DNA of 41,323 nt from Minisyncoccia bacterium. GTDB lineage: Bacteria; Patescibacteriota; Minisyncoccia; Phycocordibacterales; Phycocordibacteraceae. How positions within the stretch are numbered: position 1 is the stretch's first letter; the number at the start of each line of letters is the position of its first letter. This document shows, one piece after another, positions 7,141 through 13,948 of the stretch. Location of the stretch: NCBI GenBank assembly GCA_049286905.1, contig JBAQEU010000019.1:1-41323 (forward strand), given 5' to 3'. A program made the position numbers and the translations under genes. The notes below the pieces were generated by a model, which was not told where the DNA came from, searched no databases, and saw only the letters and a program-made list of their open reading frames with translations.

Positions 7141-7635
7141 ATGACAAACGAAGAAAAACAACACCTTACTCCAGAAAAGCTTGATGTAGAGAAAACAAAC
7201 CCAAACAGTATTGGTGAAATTTTAAGTATTGGAAAAGATTTGCCAACATCTCCCGACAAAGTGTATCGAAGTGTGAGAACCGATGAAGCTATAGATGATT
7301 TAATCATTAGTGACATTGTGAGAAACAAACAATCTGCTGGATTGGTAGAAAAAAACAGATGGGGCGAGAAAGTTTTTTGGAGCAGGGGTGCAGAAGGGAA
7401 GTATCACGCTATACCTGAAGGGTCATATGTAATCGAAGCACCTTTAGAGGTGGCGGCAGACAGGATAGTCAGAAAAGCAGATGTGACGGCTATTTATACG
7501 AGAGATGAAAATGGCAAAGTCGTAGATATATTGAAGGAAAAGAGAGGAAAAGAGGAACAAGAAGAAGTGAGCAGAAGAAGTACAGATGAGGAAGCGCTGG
7601 CGAAAGTGAAAAGAGATTTGGGAATTGAGGAGTAA
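7141..7635 (+). CDS. hypothetical protein in an AT-rich segment (164 aa)
   Basis: Intact ORF. Two 60-nt lines counted by hand gave 35% and 38% G+C, against 65% in the adjacent gene. K/E-rich C-terminus. No family recognised. Confidence 0.55.
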   Translation: MTNEEKQHLTPEKLDVEKTNPNSIGEILSIGKDLPTSPDKVYRSVRTDEAIDDLIISDIVRNKQSAGLVEKNRWGEKVFWSRGAEGKYHAIPEGSYVIEAPLEVAADRIVRKADVTAIYTRDENGKVVDILKEKRGKEEQEEVSRRSTDEEALAKVKRDLGIEE

Positions 7636-7767
7636 TGAATCTTCAGTTCGATTCGACAAGATGTTTGAGCTTTACAGACGACAGCAAGACACGTCCCGTT
7701 GGGTTATCCCCACTCTGCTACGCTTTCCAGTAGGGTAGGCTTCGTTAGTCAGCTAATTTTAGACACT

Positions 7768-8301
7768 ATGAACATCGTCGCTATTTCAGGGAGTTTGAGG
7801 AGGGATTCGTTTAATACCGCGCTTCTGCGCAATCTGCAGGCGCTCGCGCCTGAGGGCATGCAGATCACTATCCAGGACATCAGCGCCATTCCGCTCTTCA
7901 ATCAAGACAACGAAGCAGAATTCCCCAAGGAGGCACAAGCATTGAAAGATGCAGTTGAGGGAGCTGACGGTATCATCATCGCGACGCCGGAATACAACCG
8001 CTCCATCCCGGGTGTCTTGAACAATGCAATCGACTGGGCTAGCCGCCCGTGGGGGAAGAATTCCTTTACCGGCAAGACCGTGCTCACGATGGGTGTCTCG
8101 GTGGGGAACATCGGCACAGCTGTCGCGCAGAGCCACTTGCGACACATTCTCCTCTACCTGAACGCAACCGTTATAGGCCAGCCGGAACTCTACCTCGGTC
8201 CCGGACACGATATTTTTGACGCGGAAGGGAATCTCACTGACACCGCGACGAAAGAGCATCTGACGAAGGCGCTCGCGGTGCTCGCGAAACGCGTCGCGTA
8301 G
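7768..8301 (+). CDS. NAD(P)H-dependent FMN reductase family protein
   Basis: MNIVAISGSLRRDSFN ... ATPEYNRSIPGVLNNAIDWASRP is the typical NADPH-dependent FMN reductase signature. The ATG at 7768 is preferred over the TTG at 7699. Confidence 0.85.
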   Translation: MNIVAISGSLRRDSFNTALLRNLQALAPEGMQITIQDISAIPLFNQDNEAEFPKEAQALKDAVEGADGIIIATPEYNRSIPGVLNNAIDWASRPWGKNSFTGKTVLTMGVSVGNIGTAVAQSHLRHILLYLNATVIGQPELYLGPGHDIFDAEGNLTDTATKEHLTKALAVLAKRVA

Positions 8302-8324
8302 CGCAATCGTGATAGTCTACGCTG

Positions 8325-8843
8325 ATGGACGCGCCGTCAGCACCAAGCACTGCGAAAGTTGAGCGAGATATTCTCTGGCTCTTCGACATCGCACTCATAC
8401 TGAAGGTAGTGAATGGAGCGCTCGAGATACTCGCAGCGCTCCTGGTGTTATTTGTGCCGCCTTCTTTTGTGCTCAAGCTTGCTGAGCTTGCTACGAGCGG
8501 GGAACTCGCCCAGGACTCCGACGATCTTGTGGCAATTGCCATCCAGCAGGCCGCACAGGCATTTGCAGTGAACACGCATTACTTCTTTGCACTCTATCTC
8601 GCGCTTCACGGAACCATAAAAGTCCTGCTTATCATAGGTATCTTCGCCAAGAAGCGCGCGGCATACCCGCTCTTCATGCTTGCGCTCGCTATCTTTGGTT
8701 CATACGAGATGTATCGCGGCTTCATGCGGCACGAGCTTCTGCTCCAAGCACTGGCAGTATTTGATTTCGCACTTCTCCTGCTTACTGCGCACGAGTATCG
8801 GCGACGGTATCCGACCGAGAAGAGTCGGTTTCTTCCTTTTTAG
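8325..8843 (+). CDS. DUF2127-like membrane protein
   Basis: Four hydrophobic spans, and the N-terminal pattern WLFDIALILKVVNGALEI is typical of DUF2127. Confidence 0.65.
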   Translation: MDAPSAPSTAKVERDILWLFDIALILKVVNGALEILAALLVLFVPPSFVLKLAELATSGELAQDSDDLVAIAIQQAAQAFAVNTHYFFALYLALHGTIKVLLIIGIFAKKRAAYPLFMLALAIFGSYEMYRGFMRHELLLQALAVFDFALLLLTAHEYRRRYPTEKSRFLPF

Positions 8844-9414
8844 TGCGGTAGGCGAGGACATTGTGTCGCGCGACAAAGAAGAGTGCGAGAAGGAACGCGA
8901 TAGCGATACCCCAGCGGGCAGGTCCCATCCATCCTGAGGTGGCGCTCCCGAACCAATAAGAAATGAAGAAAAGGAATGTTGTCCAGATGGACGTTGCTCC
9001 GGTTGAAGTAACTATGAAGACCGAGAGAGGGGAGCGGAAGAATCCGCTCGCGGTGTAGGTCGGGAGTCGGGCTCCGGGGATGAAGCGAGCGGTGAATACC
9101 GTGAGGACGAAACGGGTCTCGAGCCACGCACGGAAAGGTGCGACGAAGTCGTGGTCGACGTACCGCGCGAGCCGCGGGTGCGTGCTTGCGAGGTAGCCGA
9201 GGCAGTAGAGTCCGATGTCGCCGATTATGATGCCCGCGTAGAGCGAGAGGAGTCCGTGGGGAGTCGTTATGAGGGCGTCAGCGGCGAGCATACCGACGAT
9301 GACCGTGGTCGTGTCTTCGAGGAAAATGACACCGAGGATGATTGCGAGCGACGGCAGGGCGCCGCTACTAATAGAGCCGACGATGAGGCTAGAAAAAAAA
9401 GAGAGCGAGGGCAT
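8782..9414 (-). CDS. DedA/VTT-domain membrane protein
   Basis: FLEDTTTVIVG ... GDIGLYCLGY ... ARFIPGARLPTY pattern of the DedA family. Confidence 0.8.
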   Translation of the reverse strand: MPSLSFFSSLIVGSISSGALPSLAIILGVIFLEDTTTVIVGMLAADALITTPHGLLSLYAGIIIGDIGLYCLGYLASTHPRLARYVDHDFVAPFRAWLETRFVLTVFTARFIPGARLPTYTASGFFRSPLSVFIVTSTGATSIWTTFLFFISYWFGSATSGWMGPARWGIAIAFLLALFFVARHNVLAYRTKKEETDSSRSDTVADTRAQ

Positions 9415-9504
9415 GAAGAGCCTTAGTCTAGCAGATTTCCCGGGTCAGGAAATGTGCCAGAATCTCATTTGCACAGAGGCGGCAAGGCGCGTATTCTAGA
9501 AGGT

Positions 9505-10008
9505 ATGAAACGACTGGGGGTAGTGTTCATACTGATACTGGCATTTGCCGGGCTCGCCGACTCCGCATACCTCGCAGAGCACGAGATAAACGGTACGCCG
9601 CTTATCTGCAATATCCAGAATTTCGACGGCTGTAACATCGTCGCCAACAGCCAGTACTCTCAGCTCTTCGGCATACCTCTCGCCGAGTATGGCGTGCTGT
9701 TCTACGGGATACTGTTCGTGCTTGCTGCGCTTGAGCTCGTGCTTTTCGATCGTCTGCTCCGACGCGTGCTTCAGGGAGTTTCGCTTCTCGGTGTCGTGTT
9801 CTCACTGTATTTCACCTCTCTTCAGGTGTTCGTGATAGGCGCATTCTGCGTTTATTGTGTAGTGTCGGCACTCATCACGTTCCTGGTGCTCATACTCGCG
9901 AGCTTTATCGAGCCTATCCGTAAACGAGCGAAACAAATACCGGTTGCCCCTGCTTCGCCTGAGGTTCCGCAGAGCACACCGCACCTCCCAATGCCGCCCT
10001 CGGCATAA
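9505..10008 (+). CDS. vitamin K epoxide reductase (VKOR) family protein
   Basis: A loop cysteine pair (C..GC) and a CVYC active-site motif inside a TM helix. Four hydrophobic spans. ATG at 9505 chosen. Confidence 0.8.
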   Translation: MKRLGVVFILILAFAGLADSAYLAEHEINGTPLICNIQNFDGCNIVANSQYSQLFGIPLAEYGVLFYGILFVLAALELVLFDRLLRRVLQGVSLLGVVFSLYFTSLQVFVIGAFCVYCVVSALITFLVLILASFIEPIRKRAKQIPVAPASPEVPQSTPHLPMPPSA

Positions 10009-10014
10009 TCCAAT

Positions 10015-11196
10015 ATGCGGCGCTTCTTGTTCACTCTCCTCGTTGTGTGCCTTCTGTCAACGAGCGTTTTTGCAGTACGTACGGCAGTCGCGGCCGCTCC
10101 CGCATCGTTCTCAGCAGGGCAGTCGCTCGTCGCGGCGAGTTCATCACCCGGGAACTCTTACGCTGTCGGCGCTTCAGTCGTCGTGACTGCTCCGGTAAAT
10201 GGCGACTTCGCGGCGCTCGGCGGGTCGGTGATTACCGCCGCGCCTGTGGCAGGGGATGATTTCATCGTCGCCGGTTCGGTCAGCTCTCGTGCGAGCGTCG
10301 CAGGCGACTTGCGAGCTATCGGGGGTAGTATCGATGTGAGCGAACCGGTCATGGGTGATATCGTCGCACTCGGGTACTCGGTGCGCGACTCAGGTCGTGC
10401 GAAGGGAAGTGTGTTCATCATCGCCGCAAATGCCACTGTGAGTAATGGTGCGTCCGGTCCGGTCATAATCTACGGAAATAACATCATGCTCGGCGGTGAT
10501 TTCGCAGGAGATGTGTCGATTATCGCGGGGGGCCGGCTCGCACTCGCCGCGAGCACGACGATTCGCGGGAAGCTCTCCTACGAAGCGCCTGATCTTGCGG
10601 TGATTCCGCCGTCGGCGACAATAGACGGCGGTGTTTCCTATACGAATGCGTCCTACTTGCCTGATATTGGCACATCGAGAACGCTCGCATTCCTCAGTGT
10701 CGGGCTCTTCCTCGTCGCGCGCATCATCGGGGCGCTCATACTCGCGGGCCTTCTCGCGGGCCTCTTCCCGAAGTTTGCAGGTACGATCATCGGCTCTGTC
10801 CGCGGGATGCGTCTGCGCGACATGTTGCTCGCGCTCCTGCTCGGGTTCGCGATATTCGTCGCGACTCCAATCGTCATCGTGCTCTTGTCGCTCACGTTCG
10901 TCGGCATCGGTCTCGCGCTCCTTCTTTCCATCCTCTATGCGCTCCTCATCCTCCTCGCACTTGCCTACGCCGGTATTACGACCGGCGGAGTGCTCGCACA
11001 GCGCTTCATGAAGCGTGAACAAGTACTGTGGCACGATGGTGTGACAGGCATGGCCGCACTCTCGCTTCTCGCTCTCGTGCCGTTCGTCGGTATGCCGATT
11101 GTCCTACTACTGATGCTCTTCTCTATAGGCATTCTTTTGCAGATGTTCTTTCATTTCGCATTCCCGCACGAGGAGTACACCTCTGAATTGCTTTAG
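10015..11196 (+). CDS. exported beta-helix-repeat (bactofilin-like) domain fused to a polytopic membrane domain
   Basis: Signal-peptide-like N-terminus. About 180 aa of degenerate V/I-x-G-D repeats (APVNGD, APVAGD, ASVAGD, EPVMGD, GGDFAGD). Four to five hydrophobic spans at the C-terminus. Confidence 0.7.
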   Translation: MRRFLFTLLVVCLLSTSVFAVRTAVAAAPASFSAGQSLVAASSSPGNSYAVGASVVVTAPVNGDFAALGGSVITAAPVAGDDFIVAGSVSSRASVAGDLRAIGGSIDVSEPVMGDIVALGYSVRDSGRAKGSVFIIAANATVSNGASGPVIIYGNNIMLGGDFAGDVSIIAGGRLALAASTTIRGKLSYEAPDLAVIPPSATIDGGVSYTNASYLPDIGTSRTLAFLSVGLFLVARIIGALILAGLLAGLFPKFAGTIIGSVRGMRLRDMLLALLLGFAIFVATPIVIVLLSLTFVGIGLALLLSILYALLILLALAYAGITTGGVLAQRFMKREQVLWHDGVTGMAALSLLALVPFVGMPIVLLLMLFSIGILLQMFFHFAFPHEEYTSELL

Positions 11197-11200
11197 ACCG

Positions 11201-11869
11201 ATGGCTACTTCGACTCACACTGAGCGAGTTTTGCGTGCGGGCGAGATTGTCGCCTATCTCAAAAAAGCGTATCCGAAACCTGCGAGCGAGCTCGTACACA
11301 ACACCCCGTTTCAATTTCTTGTCGCAGTTATGCTCTCGGCGCAGTGCACCGATAAGATGGTCAATAAAGTCACCGAGACGCTCTTCAAGAAATACGTTAC
11401 ACCGCAGGACTTTGCAGAGGCAGATCTGCCCACGTTTACCAAAGAAATTTCCTCAGTCACTTTTTTCAGGAACAAAGCGAAAGCAGTTATCGCCGCCGCG
11501 AATCTGGTCGTGAAGCAGTTCGGGGGCAACGTTCCGAAGACCGAAACTGACCTGGTTCAACTGCCAGGAGTGGGCTACAAGACCGCCCATGTCGTGCTCG
11601 GCGAACTCTACGACATCTGGGAAGGCATCGCCACTGACACGCATGTGAAGCGTTTCGCGAAGCGTTTCGACCTGACCGACAACGACGATCCCACGAAGAT
11701 TTCAAAAGACCTCGAGGAGCTTATTCCGAAAAAAGATTGGAAATACGCGAACAACGGCCTCGTGCTCTACGGACGCTACGTGTGCCCGGCGCGTCCGCAT
11801 GACTGCGCCGACCATCCGCTCACCAAGATATGGCCGCGTGCCGCCCTCCGCTGGCCGAAAGCGAAATGA
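11201..11869 (+). CDS. nth: endonuclease III-like HhH-GPD glycosylase
   Basis: HhH-GPD core (LPGVGYKTAHVVL ... DTHV). The C-terminus has only 2 Cys where Nth normally has a 4-Cys [4Fe-4S] loop. Confidence 0.86.
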   Translation: MATSTHTERVLRAGEIVAYLKKAYPKPASELVHNTPFQFLVAVMLSAQCTDKMVNKVTETLFKKYVTPQDFAEADLPTFTKEISSVTFFRNKAKAVIAAANLVVKQFGGNVPKTETDLVQLPGVGYKTAHVVLGELYDIWEGIATDTHVKRFAKRFDLTDNDDPTKISKDLEELIPKKDWKYANNGLVLYGRYVCPARPHDCADHPLTKIWPRAALRWPKAK

Positions 11870-12705
11870 CAACAGCAGGGTTCAGAAAAGCTGTTTGGGC
11901 GTTTTATAAGAAACATGGGAGGCATGATTTGCCGTGGCGTCCCCCTTCGCTGAAGCTACGGAGGGATAAAGCTCTCAATCTATACTCGGTACTAGTCTCT
12001 GAGGTGATGTTGCAACAGACACAGGTGGAGCGCGTCATTCCGCTGTATAAAAATTTCCTCAAGAAGTTTCCGACGGCATCGAGACTTGCGTCTGCGCCGC
12101 TCGCTGACGTCCTGAAAATCTGGCAGGGACTCGGCTACAATCGCCGCGCGAAAATGTTGCATGCGGCGGCACAACAGCTCGTACGTACGCCACGGTTTGG
12201 AACAAGGTCGAACCTTGTAGAAGAGTTGGAGGAGTTGCCGGGCGTCGGACCATACACAGCGCGAGCGGTTGCGGCGTTTGCCTACAATCAGGATGTCATT
12301 GTCATCGAGACGAATATCCGCACAGCAGTCATACACCATTTCTTTCCGAATAAAAAGAAAATCTCTGATGCAGAAATTGAAAAGATTTTGACGCAGGTGT
12401 TGCCGAAAGGGAAGTCGCGCGAATGGTACAGCGCGCTCATGGACTACGGCGCGCACTTGAAGCGTTCGGGCATTTCGCACAACGCTCGGAGCACAACGCA
12501 CACGAAGCAGTCGAAGTTTGCCGGATCGCTTCGTGAGGCTCGCGGAGCTCTCTTGCGTTCTCTTGTAAACGGAAGCGCTTCTCGTACGCGTCTCTTGCTG
12601 GTGCTTGGTGCAGAGCGAAAAGAACAAATGATGCGTGCGCTCGAAGCACTTGTTGCAGAGGAGATGGTGCTCAGAGTGAAAGGGAAATATCGTCTTGCTG
12701 ATTAA
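11866..12705 (+). CDS. MutY-like HhH-GPD glycosylase without Fe-S loop or NUDIX domain
   Basis: Has WFYKKHGRHDLPWR, SEVMLQQTQV and LPGVGPYTARAV motifs. There are no cysteines in the region where the MutY Fe-S loop lies. The ATG at 11866 overlaps the nth stop (ATGA). Confidence 0.78.
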   Translation: MTTAGFRKAVWAFYKKHGRHDLPWRPPSLKLRRDKALNLYSVLVSEVMLQQTQVERVIPLYKNFLKKFPTASRLASAPLADVLKIWQGLGYNRRAKMLHAAAQQLVRTPRFGTRSNLVEELEELPGVGPYTARAVAAFAYNQDVIVIETNIRTAVIHHFFPNKKKISDAEIEKILTQVLPKGKSREWYSALMDYGAHLKRSGISHNARSTTHTKQSKFAGSLREARGALLRSLVNGSASRTRLLLVLGAERKEQMMRALEALVAEEMVLRVKGKYRLAD

Positions 12706-13904
12706 ATAGTGGTGCTCGCAATACGAGAATCTTTGATGAAGAGTGTTGAGAGTGCGCCTCCGATAGCGATGAATCCGCCGGTGATGATGAAAAGGAGTTG
12801 GTAGTCGCCGAAGAAGAGGATGATACTGCCTATGAGCGGCGCCACGACAAAAGAGAGCGGCCACGCGGCGCGGAAAATACTTACCGAGTTTATGTCGCGC
12901 TCGCTCACGCGTCGGAAGAAGTGCCCTTCAGTCATGCTCTCGATGAGCGCCGCGCCCAAACGCGAGACCAAGAGGATGCCGAGGATGGAAAGAGAAGACG
13001 ACTCTGAAGTGATGAGGCTGACCGTTGCGAGCGCTCCGCCGGCGATGATGAATCCGGCGAACATGAGGTTCTTTTCTTCGGTGAACCGGTCAGCGAGCCA
13101 GCGCGCCGGGTACTCGATGACTATGTAGGGGATAAGCATGACCGCGAATATCCAGCCGAGACTCGACCACGGAATGCCGAGCACATTGTGCAGATAGATA
13201 GGCACATAGAGTGGAGCCCATACATAGAACAACCAAAGGATGATATGTCCGAACGTGACTGCCGCAATGTCGCGGTTGCGCAGGATGCAGGCGAGCGAAT
13301 CCTGCATCGGAGAAATCTCAGGATTGGCACCTATCGGGAGGCGACGGGCGGCGAAGAGGAGGACAAAGGGAACGAGCGCTCCAGTCGCGGCGATGAAGAC
13401 CAGAGCATACTCATTTGTGCCATTCATGAGCACGCCGAGAAGAAGAGGAGCGACGAATGAACCGGTACTCCACGCGGTGAGGAAGAGTGCTCGCACTCGT
13501 CCGGTCATGTCGGCTGTCGTACCGGCCGCCTCAAGCAGAATATCGAGCCCATAGGCGATGAATGGCTGAACAGCTACGAAGAGGATGATAAGCGTGACGC
13601 TCATGGCTATGCTCGGTCCCGTCGCGAGCATGAGAAGCACGATCATCTCTATGAGTCCGAGAACGAGCGTTATCTGCTGGGCGCCCCAGCGAGCAATGAT
13701 GCGCGGCAGGAAAGGGAAGAAGAGAAGCGCCGCGAGACCTCCTCCTGCGACGACGACTCCGGTATACGATACGGGCATGAGCGTGGAGAGGTACGGGAGC
13801 AGGATGTATCCGGCAAGCGCCGACAGCATCGAGAAAAAGAAGTTTGCAAAGAAGAGTATGGAGCGAGGAGACATTTCTAGAGAGGATACCATACGAAAAA
13901 TCAC
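12702..13904 (-). CDS. MFS transporter
   Basis: About 12 hydrophobic spans in 400 aa, with typical MFS topology. Confidence 0.82.
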   Translation of the reverse strand: MIFRMVSSLEMSPRSILFFANFFFSMLSALAGYILLPYLSTLMPVSYTGVVVAGGGLAALLFFPFLPRIIARWGAQQITLVLGLIEMIVLLMLATGPSIAMSVTLIILFVAVQPFIAYGLDILLEAAGTTADMTGRVRALFLTAWSTGSFVAPLLLGVLMNGTNEYALVFIAATGALVPFVLLFAARRLPIGANPEISPMQDSLACILRNRDIAAVTFGHIILWLFYVWAPLYVPIYLHNVLGIPWSSLGWIFAVMLIPYIVIEYPARWLADRFTEEKNLMFAGFIIAGGALATVSLITSESSSLSILGILLVSRLGAALIESMTEGHFFRRVSERDINSVSIFRAAWPLSFVVAPLIGSIILFFGDYQLLFIITGGFIAIGGALSTLFIKDSRIASTTI

Positions 13905-13905
13905 G

Positions 13906-13941
13906 GCGCGCCAAAGGCGCGCCGTGATTTTAATCTTTTTC
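13906..13941. terminator. bidirectional hairpin downstream of rnj
   Basis: ATCACGGCGCGCC (13910-13922) / GGCGCGCCGTGAT (13926-13938), flanked by an A-run and a T-run. Confidence 0.75.
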
Positions 13942-13948
13942 TCGCTAG

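Noticed and set aside
11992-12864. 290-aa minus-strand ORF antisense to the mutY-like gene. Similar long antisense ORFs occur at 979-1596, 1859-2461, 2819-3442, 5091-5690, 6416-7144, 10390-11034, 18003-18653, 23680-24366, 28718-29410, 29546-30310 and 30530-31321.
   Set aside because: All lie opposite genes with unambiguous family signatures. Their translations are Arg/Ser/His-rich low-complexity sequences, typical of antisense frames in GC-rich DNA.
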